Shown here piece by piece: positions 52,726-64,000 of a DNA stretch of 64,000 bases. This DNA is from Squalus acanthias. Lineage: Eukaryota. The first letter of the stretch is position 1, and the number at the start of each line of letters is the position of its first letter. A program made the position numbers and the translations under genes. Location: NCBI GenBank assembly GCA_030390025.1, contig CM059432.1, positions 16,556,001 to 16,620,000 of the forward strand. Direction: 5' to 3'. The notes below the pieces were generated by a model. It searched no databases. It was not told the origin of the DNA and worked only from the letters and a program-made list of their open reading frames with translations.

Positions 52726-53991
52726 ATAAAAACAGAAAATACTGGAAATACTCAGCAGGTCAGGCAGCATCTGTGAAGAGAGAAACTGAGTTAACATTTC
52801 AGGTCGACGACCTTTCGCCAGAACTGGAAAAGGTTAGAGATGTAACAGGTTTTAAGCAAGTACAGAGACAGGGAAAGGGGGGAGGTGGGAAAGAATAAAA
52901 GGGAAGGTCTGTAATAGGGTGGAAGGCAAGAGAGATTAAATGACAAAAGGGATGATGGTGCAAGATGAAAAGGAGGTGTAAATGGGAATATTAGAATCAT
53001 CAGCAACAGCTGCCATCTGAGAAAATGGGGGCAGAGGTGCTGATCTGAAATTGTTGAACTAAATGCTGAGTCCGGAAGGCTATAAAGTGTCTAATAGAAA
53101 GATGAGGTACTGTTCCTCGAGCTTACATTGAGCTTAATTGGAACAGTGTAGGAGGCTGAGGACAGAGAGGTAAGAGTGGGAGTAGTCCAGAGAATTAAAA
53201 AAAAACCGACCGGAAGCTCGGGGTCACGCTTGCGGACTGAACGTAGGTGTTCTGCAAAGCGGTCACCCAATCTGCGTTTGGTCTCCCCAATGTAGAGGAG
53301 ACTGCATCGTGAGCAGCGAATACAGCATACTAAATTGAAAGTAGTACAGTATAAGTAAATCACTTTCACCTGGAAGGAGTGTTTGGGGCCCTGGATGGTT
53401 CAGTCCGCAAGTGTGACCCCAAGCTTCTGGTCGCCTGTCATTTTAATTATCCAGACAACTCCCACTCTGACATCTCTGTCCTCAGCCTCCTACACCGTTC
53501 CAATGAAACTCAACGCAAGCTCGAGGAACCGTACCTCATCTTTCGATTAGGCACTTTACAGCCTTCCGGACTCAACACTGAGTTCAACAATTTCAGACTA
53601 GAACCTCTTCCCCCATTATTTCAGGTTGCAGCTGTTGATGATTCTGCTATTCCCATTTACACCTTCTCTCGACCCATCTTTTGTTCCTTTACTTGTCCCA
53701 TTACCATCTCCTTTTGCCTCGCACCATCATCCCTTTTGTCATTTAATCTCTCCTGCCTTCTACCCTATCACCGACCTTTCCTTTTGTTCTTTCCTCCCCT
53801 CCCCCTTTCCTTACTTCTGCACTTGCTTAAAACCTGGTATCTCTCTAACTTTTTCCAGTTCTGACAAAAGGTCATCGACCTGAAATGTTAACTCTGTTTC
53901 TCTCTCCACAGATGCTGCCTGACCTGCTGAATATTTCCAGCATTTTCTGGTTTTATTTCAGAGTTCCAGCACCTGCAGTATTTTACTTTTG
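52726..53991. mobile_element. Penelope-like fold-back element (family 2): two inverted GIY-YIG/3'-end arms, 15-bp TSD
   Basis: Minus CIRCSRCSLLYIGETKRRLGDRFAEH and plus VACHFN...LIFRLGTLQPSGLN; cctaagaattcaata at 52711-52725 and 53992-54006. Confidence 0.88.
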
Positions 53992-55410
53992 CCTAAGAAT
54001 TCAATATTGTGAGATAAGGAGACAGTTACTGGAAGAAATACACATGTAATGTTTTTCTTTCTAGCCATAAACAGGTTCACAGGCGAACAAATGATTACGT
54101 ATGAAGATTAAAACTGCACATGCTAAAAATCTGAAATACAACGAAGAATACTGGAAATCAGATGAGGTCAGTCAGCAGGAGAGCAAATAAGTTGTAGCCA
54201 ATAGTCCCACCCAAAACATTAACCTCACTTTATCATTCAGGCACTGACCGACTTACTCTGCATTTTTAGCTTTTATTTTTAAACTTATGATGGCTCATGG
54301 TTATTGCTTGTGGCAGAAGCAAGCATACAACAATCGTGTACTGTTCCAAGGGAGTGGTCTATCATTTTTTTTTCCTCCAGAGGGAATTCGGGACATCAAA
54401 ACATTTGATAAATTTTCCAGTGGAATGTGTGGCAATATTGATCTGTCTCAGAAAGTTCATCAATACTACTAATTAAAAGAGTAAATAATCTGGTCAGCCA
54501 CTGAGAAGAACAATAAGGGATTTTTAATCGTCCCATGAGGATGTAATTTTTTCACTTGTATCACTCATGCAGAACACTGTACATATTCTACTCACGGTCA
54601 GTCAGCTTTAACATTAGATGGTACTGTAATTTACTACTTCAAAACAGAATTGACAGTATATATTATGGAATACTATACCTACCAAAGTTCAGTTAACAAC
54701 TGTAGTCAAATCTACTCTTATGCTTCATAGAATCTGAACTACTCAATTACTTTAGTCATAAACAGCTTCCAAGCATCCATTATTCATTCATCACTGACCA
54801 CTGTGAAACTCGGATGAATCACTGGAGAAATTCATTTATGCTCAGTTCTCCCATGATCAATACTCTGCATTACTTCAATACCACAGTGCTCGTCACGCAA
54901 CAATGTTCTTTCATATTTTAAGGAACTGTGTGTCCAGAGAAAAAAATATGGAACAGAATAAAGGAACCAAATAGCAAGCACTTTGTTTACTTTGGACTTT
55001 GAAAAGAAACAAATGTTAACAATTTATCAAACATCAATGCATTAAGTATTAACAAAACTAACTGGCAGCGAGTAATTTCATTTAAACCACACAAGTTTCA
55101 AGAAGTACTCCATGAAAGAAGTAAACAGATTCTTGAAGATTTAGCTTTTGAACAAGTGACGATGAAAATGAATGGCACTTTCTATACAACAGCATTGTAA
55201 ATATTCCTAAACAATGTCAGAAACTATTTTTCAGCAAGTTAAGTTTTTTTCCACTATCAATCCAGCCAGCATTTGGACATCAGCTAACTCGGAATGCCTC
55301 AGATGAGACACACATGTATACAAACTTGATGCTTACGCAAATGTTTACTATTCGACAGACGTCTAAATCTGGGCCACACATAGCCATTACACAAGAGTGA
55401 ATATACTTAC

Positions 55411-55467
55411 TGGAGGGCATGGTATATGTGTCCTCTTCATCTATGATCTCCGCATAGTCATCGGTTT
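55411..55467 (-). CDS. PTK2: PTK2 exon, 57 nt, (E)TDDYAEIIDEEDTYTMPS; contains Y397 (YAEI) and Y407 equivalents
   Basis: tgcag|AAACCGATGAC...CCCTCCA|gtaagt; phase 1/1. Confidence 0.96.
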
Positions 55468-56269
55468 CTGCAAGTGAAGAACCACGCATTTTAGCTGAGT
55501 TTGCTCAAGGCACAAACCGTTTCTAATTAAACTTAGACACACAGCATAAGGAAGGCATTAGAAGATGAACATCCCTTTTCCTTTTAGACACAGCTGAAGC
55601 CCACGCTTTAAAAAAAAACTACTCTTAAGTTTCACTCAGCCTCTATTACAGAAAGTGACGTCTGCAGACAGCCAGAATGCCAACCCATTTCTGGAGAATA
55701 AGATGACATCATCCAATCACAAGTACAGCTTTGCCTCTCAGAAAAGGGAAGAACAGCAAGTAGGGGGATGACCCCTGATGGGATGGAAAAAGCATCAATA
55801 AATCTTTAACAAAATAGGAAAGCACTGACCTATCTCTGAAACACACTGAAGTTTAATTAAGGAAACTCAATATACAAGGTCTGCATGCCACAACAAGCTC
55901 AAAAATTGCAAAACCCTTTCTGCTGGCCCCCTGTGATTTACATAAAATGTCAAGGCTCTATCTAGCCAAAGTTATTATCGAGCAGTACAGCACAACGGAA
56001 AACAAAGGTGGTCTTTGCCCAGAATTCATTTCTAATGACTTCCCACACAGTGAAATTTCTGGCCCTTTGCCTTGTAACTATGGTTAAAAAAAGTAGTTCA
56101 CTTGGAACATTTATGGTAGTTAAATATCATATAACTTAAAAAAGATATTTGCATGGATTTCCTTGGAACACTTTAAAAAAAATATACATTGTGCAGTGTT
56201 TCAGGATTAAGTAAATGCATTTATTCCCCCCGAAAATTGAAGTACAAAATCTGTCACTTGATGTGCCTC

Positions 56270-56620
56270 AACAACTTGCACTTACATAGCTGTTTCAATA
56301 TACTAAAACGTCCCAAAGCACTTCAGTCGAAAATAATCAAACTCAGAGTGAGTAGAATGGCAAGTTACGGGTAGTAACCAAAACAAGATTGAAGAGCTAG
56401 GTTTTGACGAAGTTTTTGAAGGAGGGGTAGCAAAGCATAGCTAGAGTGGTTTAGGAGAGCATTCCAAAAAATGTGACCGAAATGGTCGATGGCTCTGCAG
56501 TCGAAAGTGGAAAGAGGGAAAGCAAAGCGAGTCAGAAGAACGGACGGCACGTACAGGAACAGCTTCTGAATGAGGTGGTAGAGCTAGAAAGGGGCAAAGC
56601 CATGGAAGGATTTGTCGACA
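56270..56620 (-). mobile_element. L2-type 3' fragment
   Basis: aacaacttgcacttacatagc tail (reverse) and FWNAL-type L2 C-terminus. Confidence 0.5.
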
Positions 56621-56621
56621 A

Positions 56622-59600
56622 GAACATAAGAAATAGGAGCAGGAGTAGGCCATTCAGCCCCTCGAGCTGCTCTGCCATTCAATAAGATCATGGCTTTTTT
56701 TTTTAAATTTGCTTATGGGATCTGGGCATCGCTGGCAAGGCCAGCATTTATTGCCCATCCCTAGTTTCCCTTGAGAAGGTGGTAGTGAGCCGCCTTCTTG
56801 AACCGCTGCAGTCCGTGAGGTGAAGGTACTCCCACAGTGCTGTTAGGGAGAGTTTTCCAGGATTTTGACCCAGCGACGATGAAGGATTGGCGATATACTT
56901 CTAAGTCAGGATGGTGTGTGACTTGGAGATGGTGGTGCTCCCATGCGCCTGCTGCCCTTGTCCTTCGAGGTGGAAGAGGTCGCAGGTTTGGTAGGTGCTG
57001 CCGAAGCAGCCTTGGCAAGTTGCTGCAGTGCATCTTGTAGATGGTACACACTGCAGCCACAGTACGCTGGTGGTGGAGGGAGTGAATGAGCTTCTTGAGT
57101 GTTGGAGCTGCACTCATCCAGGCAAGTGGAGAGTATTCCATCACACTCCTTACTTGTGCCTTGTAGATGGTGGGAAGGCTTTGGGGAGTCAGGAGGTGAG
57201 ACACTCGCCACAGAATACCTAGCCTCTGACCTGCTCTTGTTGCCACAGTATTTATGTGGCTGGTCCAGTTAAGTTTCTGGTTAATGGTGACCCCCAGGAT
57301 GTTGATAGTGGAGGATTCGGCGATGGTAATGCCATTGAATGTCAAGGGGAGGTGGTTAGACGCTCGCTTGTTGGAGATAGTCATTGCCTGGCACTTCTGT
57401 GGCGCGAATGTTACCTGCCACTTATCAGCCCAAGCCTGAACGTCGTCCAGGTCTTGTTGCATGCGGGCATGCAACGCTTCATTATCTGAGGAGTTGTGAA
57501 TGGCGCTGAACACTGTGCAGTCATCAGCGAACATCCCCATTTCTGACCTTATGTTGGAGGAAGGTCATTGATGAAGCAGCTGAAGATGGTTGGGCCTAGG
57601 ACACTGCCCTGAGGAACTCCTGCAGCGATGTCCTGGGGCTGATCTTCTACCTATGCTCCACTGTCCTGCACTATCCCCATATCCCTTGATTCCCTTAATA
57701 TCCAAATATCTATCGATCTATGTCTTGAATATACTCAACGACTGAGCCTCCATAGCCCTCTGGGGTAGAGAATTCCAAAGATTCATCATCCTCTTAGTGA
57801 AGAAATTTCTCCTCATCTCAGTCCTAAATGGCTGAGACTGTGCCCCCTGGTTCTAGACTCCCGAGCCAGAGAAAACATCCTCCCTGCATCTACCCTGTCA
57901 AGCCCTGAAAGAATTTTGTATGTTTCAATGCGATCACCCCTCATTCTTCTAAACTCTAGAGAATATAGGCCTAGTCTACTCAATCTCTCCTCATAGGACA
58001 ATCACCCCATCCCAGGAACTAGTCTGGTGAACCTTTGTTGCACTCCCTCTATGGCAAGTCTATCCTTCCTTAGGTGCACAATACTCCAGGTGTGGTCTCA
58101 CCAGTGCCCTATATAATTGCAGTAAGATGTCTTTACTGCTATGCTCAAATACTCTTGAAATAAAGGCCAACATACCATTTGCTTTCCTAATTGCTTGCTG
58201 TACCTGCATATTAACTTTCAGTGATTCGTGTACAAGGACACCCAGGTCCCTCTGAACACCAACATTTCGCAATCTCTCACCAATTAAAAAAATACTCTGC
58301 TTTTCTATTTTTCCTACCAAAGTGAATAACTTCACATTTCTCATCTCAATTCTCATTTCACATTTCAAAATTCTCATCCTTGTTTTTAAATCCCTCCATG
58401 GCCTCATGCCTCCCTATCTCTGTAATCTCCTTCAGCTCCCCCCCCAACCCAGAGATATCTACACTCCACAAATTCTGCTCTCTTGAGCATCCCTGATTAT
58501 AATTGCTCAACCATCGGTGGTCATGCCTTCAGCTGCCTAGGCCCTAAGCTCTGGAACTCCCTCCCTAAACCTCTCTACTTCTCTTTCCTCCTTTAAGACG
58601 CTCTTCAAAACCTACCTCTTTGACCAAGCTTTTGGTCATCTGCGCTAATTTCTTATGTGGCTCGGTGTCAATTTTTTTGTCTTATAATACTCCTGTGAAG
58701 CGCCTTGGGACGTTTTACTACGTTAAAGGCGCAATATAAATAAAAGTTGTTGTTGTTCTCCACATTATATTCCATTTGCCATGTTCTTGTCCACTCACTT
58801 AGCCTGTCTATATCTCCTTGAAGCCTCTTTATATCCTCCTCACAACTTACATTCCACACACAGGATGTACGACACAGAAACAGGCCATTCGGCCCATCCA
58901 GTCCATGCTGGCGTTTATGCTCCACACGAGTCTCCTCCCATCTTTCATCATCTAAATCTATCAGCATAACCCTCTATTCTCTTCCCTCATATGTTTGTCT
59001 AGCCTCCCCTTAAATGCATCTATACTTTTTGCTTCAACCACTCCCTGTGATAGCGAGTTCCACATTCTCACCACTCTTTGGGTAAAGAAGTTTCTTCTGA
59101 ATTTGCTATTGGATTTCTTGGTGACTATCTTATATTGATGGCCTCTAGTTATGCTCTTCCCCACAAGTGGAAACATTCTCTCTGTAACCAACTTTGATAA
59201 TTTTAAAGACCTCTATTAGGTCACCCCTCAGCCTTCTTTTATCAAGAGAAAAGAGACCCAGCCTGTTCATCCTTTCCTGATATGTATACCCTCGCATTTC
59301 TGGTATCATCCTTGTAAATCTTCTCTGCACCCTCTCCAGTGCCTCTATATCCTTTTTATAATATGGCGGCCAGAACTGTACGCAGTACTCTAAGTGTGGT
59401 CTAACCAAGGTTCGATACAGGTACAGCATAACTTCCCTACTTTTCAATTCTATCCCTCTAGAAAAAAACCTCGTGCTTGGTTTGCTTTTTTTATGGCCTT
59501 GCTAACCTGTGTCGCAACCTTTAGTGATTTGTGTATTTGTACTCCGAGATCCCTTTGTTCCTCTACCCCACCAAGACTTGCACCCTCTAAGTAATGTGAC

Positions 59601-61360
59601 CTCCCTATTCTTCCTACCAAAATGTAATACCTCACATTTATCTGTGTTGAACTTCATTTGCCAATTATATGTCCATTCTGCAAGTTTATTAATGTCCTCC
59701 TGTAATATGTTGCAGTCCTCCTCAGTACTGACTATCCCCCCCAATTTGGTGTCATCCGCAAATTTAGAAATTGTGTTTTTGATTCCAAAGTCTAAATTGT
59801 TGATATAAATTGTGAACAACAGTGGTCCCAGCACTGATCCTTGAGGAACACCACTACCCACCTTCTGCCACTGTGAATAGCTACCTTTTACCCCATCTCT
59901 CTGCTTTCTGTCTCGAAGCCAGCTAGCTATCCATTCTGCTACTTGTCCCCTGACTCCGCATTCTCTGACCTTGTTCATCAGTCTATTATGGGGTACCTTA
60001 TCAAAGGCCTTTTGAAAATCTAGATGAATTACATCTACTGCATTACCATTGTCTACTCTCTCTGTTAACTCTTCAAAAAAATTCAATGAGGTTGGCCAAG
60101 CAAGACTTTCCCTTTTGAATTCCTACCAGCTTTGTATCATCAGCAAACTTGGATATATTACATTTGGTCCCCTCATCCAAATCATTGATGCAGACTGTGA
60201 ATAGTTGAGGCCCAAGCACTGATCCTTGCGGTACCCTACTAGTAACAGCCTGCCAACCCGAAAATAACTCGTTTATTCTGTCCGTTAACCAATCCTCAAT
60301 CCATGCTAGTATATTACCCCAATCCCATGAGCCCTAATTTTGTTTAATAACCTCTTGTGTGGCACCTTATCGAATGCCTTCTGAAAATCCAAATATACCA
60401 CATCCACTGGTTCCCCCTTATCTATTCTGCTAGTTACAACCTCAAAAAACACTAACAGATTCGGCTGGGTCTCTTTTCTCTTGGAAAAAAAAAGGCTGAG
60501 GGGTTTTGATAGAGTGGATACATGATTTCCCTTTCATAAATCCGTGTTGACTGTCCAATTCTATTATTATTTTCTAAGTGCCCTGTTACCTTAATAATAG
60601 ATTCTAGCATTTTCCCTACTACTGATATCAGGCTAATTCGTCTGCAGTTCCCAGTTTTCTCTCTCCCTCCTTTCTTAAATAGTGGGGTTACATTTGCTAC
60701 CTTCCAATCCGCAGAACCATTCTAGAATCTATGGAATTTTGGAAGATGACAACCAGTGCATCCACTATCTCTATAGCCCCCTCTTTTAAAACCCTAGGAT
60801 GCAGGCCATCAGGTCCAGGGGATTTATCAGCTTTCAGTCCCATTAATTTCTTCAGCACTTTTTTTTTTACTAATACTAATTTCTTTCAGTTCCTGATTCT
60901 CGCTAGACCCTTGGTTCTCCGCTATTTCCGGGAGGTTTTTTGCGTCTTCTTCCGTGAAGACCGACCCAAAGTATTTGTTTAATTTCTCTGCCATTTCCTT
61001 ATTCCCCATTATAATTTCCCCTGTCTCAGCCTGTAAGGGACCCACATTTACTTTTGCTAATCTTTTCCTTTTTTCACACCTATAGAAGCTTTTAGTGTCT
61101 GTTTTTACGTCTCTTGCTAGTTTACTCTCATATTCTATTTTCCCTTTCTTTATCAATTTATTGGTCCTCCTTTGCTGAATTCTAAAATCCTCACAATCCT
61201 GAGACTTACTACTCTTTTTGGTAACATTATAAGCCTCTTCCTTTAATCTAATACTATCTTTAATTTCTCTTGTTAGCCATGGTTGGACCATCTTTCCCGT
61301 GGTGTTTTTATTCCTTAAAGGAATGTATATTCGTTGCGAATTATGAATTATTTCTTTAAA
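56622..61360 (-). mobile_element. CR1 LINE fragmented by three nested insertions (second-family LINE 56695-57640, L2 tail 58340-58755, other CR1 58860-60120)
   Basis: Host pieces continue collinearly across the inserts (aataagatcatggct|gatct; caacttacattcc|accagctttgtatc). Confidence 0.85.
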
Positions 61361-62130
61361 TAGACAAGTACAAGGATTTTGAAATCCATGCGACAAGCGA
61401 TAAAGAGCCAATGAGGACTGGTGAGCACAGGGGCAATAGGGCAGCCTGACAGTACAGGATGGGATGCGGGTGGTGGCGTTTTGAACGACTTGCAATTTCC
61501 TGAAGGGCAGGACCTGGATGTCTGGCAAGGAGAGCACTGAAGTAATTGACTCTGCAAGCAACAAAGTTTCAGGGGCAGTGGGGGTGAAGTGGGGTCAGAG
61601 GCAGCAATTTTGCTGAGGTGGAGTTGGTGATGTCCAGGATGGAGGGTTTAAAGTTAATCGCAGGTTCAAACAAGAAACCAAGGTTGCGCACCATTGTGCT
61701 ATGTCTGAGGTTGCTGCCAGACAGGTACTGAGCTGAGTGGTGACAACACATTCAAGTGCTTTAGAGAAAATGAGGAGGTTGGAGATAGAGTAGCAGTCAG
61801 AAAGGCCAGAGGGATCAAGTGTGGGTGTTTTGTGGAGAGCGGTGTAACGGCAGTGTTGAACGGTGGGGGAGGGTAGACAGTCTGAAGATGGGGACGCTAT
61901 TGATGATGTCAGAAAGGGTGAAGTTGTGTAACAAGGAGTTGAATGGGCGGGTAGGCGGAGATGAGGGTAGGTCTCATTGAGATGAGATAAGCTTTGTGAT
62001 GGTTTGGGGAAAATAGAGGAAGAAGCTGTAGAGTGATTATGGGGTTAGGGCAAAGGTATTGATGAATACAGAATGGCAGCGGTTGGGGGTGGGAAAGAGA
62101 GAATGAGGCAGTTGAAAAAGCTGGGTGGGT
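61360..62130 (-). mobile_element. Decayed L2-type fragments
   Basis: VRNLGFLF, KLQVVQNATTRI. Confidence 0.55.
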
Positions 62131-63884
62131 GGTCTTAATCTCAGAAACATTGAGAAATAAAATAACTAAATTTGAACGTACAACTACTGGTCAGATTTTT
62201 CTAATGCTTTCCGGTTATTGCCTTTATTCTCATGACATTAATACCAGATTTCGAGATATTGTCCACCTAAAGCAAACCCTGATACTCTTGTGCTCGACGG
62301 TCCATTTTAAAACACTGTAAATTTATAATGCAGTAATTCAGAAACTTGAACCAGAAAGTCATGCAAAACAACTGAAAAGGTTCCAGTAATCTATGTGGCT
62401 CAAGGCTCGTGTGTGAGCACCATTGATGCATATAAAGGCATTCTGTGTTAAGCTTGCATGTGAAGTTAGTAAAATATTTTTAAAGGGATGCGAAACTCCA
62501 CTTGCTCAACAGTTTGTTCCAGCTACAGTAACCTGAACAATTTTTACTACAGTGATAACTTTACAGAAATTGAACATATTGAAATGTTTAACAGACATCA
62601 ACTATCAACTCTACTTACTATACTTTATTAATCCATTATTGTGCAAATAAAGGGAATAAGGTTTAAAAATTCACATCGAAAAATTACAAAATTGTTACTC
62701 AAGTTAACACTCTTGTGCAGAGAGTAACTTAAAAATGAGCTACGAAATCCACAGATCTAGAATTTCCTCCTCTCTCTCCATCATCCACCCACACTAGCAC
62801 CACCCCCCCCCCCACCCCCCACCACCCCCCACAATCTAACTTATTTAAAAGAATACCGGAGGTAAAAATTCTTATTAGAGGCAGTTAACTAAAAAGTGGT
62901 TACTAAGGACGATAATTAATATTTTACAATTATAACAAAGATTTTGACACACGCAACATTTACATAAGTCAGGTAGGCATGTGTTATAATTCAGTGGGCT
63001 TGGCTAATTCTAAACACATTGCCGAATTAGACACAGAGGCTTGATAAATTTAAACTGAAATAAAAGCAGCTGGCACAAAGAGTGTCAGTCTCGCAGCTGC
63101 AAAGTTTTGTATAAACCACTGTTTGTGCTAATTATCTCTACTGGCATCACAACTGTTCAACTTAAAAAAAAAGCTGTAAGAAAACTTGTTATAAATCTCC
63201 AACAAGTGTTCTGATGGTTAGAACGGAGAATATTTACTTAGTTCACTTATGCCATATCAATACTCTACTGCAATAGGCCATGCACTATAATCTAATCTTG
63301 CTATCACAGGACTCATAATTTAAACAGTTCTTAAAAATGAAATGTCATAATACTGTGTGGTTCCAACAAAATGTGTCAAAATTCTGAGAAAACTATTTGA
63401 AGCCCTATGTACAAGTCAACTTCATCCCACCACTGGATCGCAGGCTCTCTCATATCATCTCCTCCCTGTCCCTGTTGATGACTAGGACATATCTCTTCTA
63501 ATCTCTGCCATGCCTACGTAATCTGAATTCCGTATGTCCATTGGGGTGCACATTTTGCCTGTCGCTCCAACAGTTCTATTTTCTTTTGATTTCTTGGTCT
63601 CTCCCAAGCCTTTCTCTGCTGTCTCCTCCCATTACTGTTACCCAGTCATGCCACCTTTCATTTCTCCCCTCGCTGATACTTTGCTCTCTTAATCCTTACC
63701 CACACCCATCAATACTCCTTTGCCTTCCCACTCTCCTTCTACAGTTACAGGCTTGAAGCTCTTGGATAATCCCAGATACCTCTGTGCCTCTCGAAGAATT
63801 CTCCAAAAGGCTCACTGAAGCATCAGTTGCTGCCTCATGAGTAGGATTCCTAACTGCCTCATCCTTCTCTTGCACTGACCTTCT

Positions 63885-64000
63885 TGACCAGCTGCAGTAC
63901 ATCCTGAAGATAGCATACACTGCTCTAGTAGCTACGGCATTTATGTGGCTGGTCCAGATGAGTTTCTGGTCAAGGGTGATCACCATGTTGTTTATGGTGG
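63885..64000 (-). mobile_element. Fragment of the second CR1/L2-group family
   Basis: LDQKLIWTSHINAVATRA. Confidence 0.7.

Noticed and set aside
55820..55860. Possible 6-nt micro-exon ttcag|AGATAG|gtcagt on the minus strand
   Set aside because: Frame-preserving, but the pyrimidine tract is weak and there is no homology; indistinguishable from chance.
55468..64000. FAK box-6 (DEISGD) and box-28 alternative exons, and the preceding constitutive exon
   Set aside because: No matching sequence with splice sites found by eye; they may lie beyond the window or be diverged.

Overview
Eukaryotic, repeat-rich vertebrate DNA. The repeat families (HE1/V-SINE-, Deu- and Meta-type SINEs, HER1/CR1-type LINE tails) point to a cartilaginous fish such as a shark; this is an inference. 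The whole window lies inside one large minus-strand gene, PTK2 (focal adhesion kinase, FAK). I read 8 constitutive GT-AG exons, from the Y397 autophosphorylation exon (55411-55467) to the end of the kinase domain (10801-11005), all with matching phases. The 21-nt 'box 7' KSYGIDE micro-exon (46846-46866) is also present; the ORF track misses it. The introns hold CR1 and L2 LINE fragments, SINEs, a decayed Tigger/pogo transposon, MITEs and Penelope-like retroelements. Four things stand out. (1) A candidate intronic TATA/CCAAT promoter with an in-frame alternative first coding exon (52361-52400) that would give a FAK kinase lacking FERM and Y397. (2) Two Penelope-like families with inverted ends and minimal hammerhead-ribozyme cores, including a 195-bp non-coding hairpin element with a clean target-site duplication (TSD). 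(3) GGC...GCC-ended DNA transposons with ATT TSDs. (4) A nested stack of four transposable elements. Exon, terminal-repeat and TSD coordinates were counted by hand. Boundaries of decayed repeats are approximate, and family names come from recognition, not database searches.
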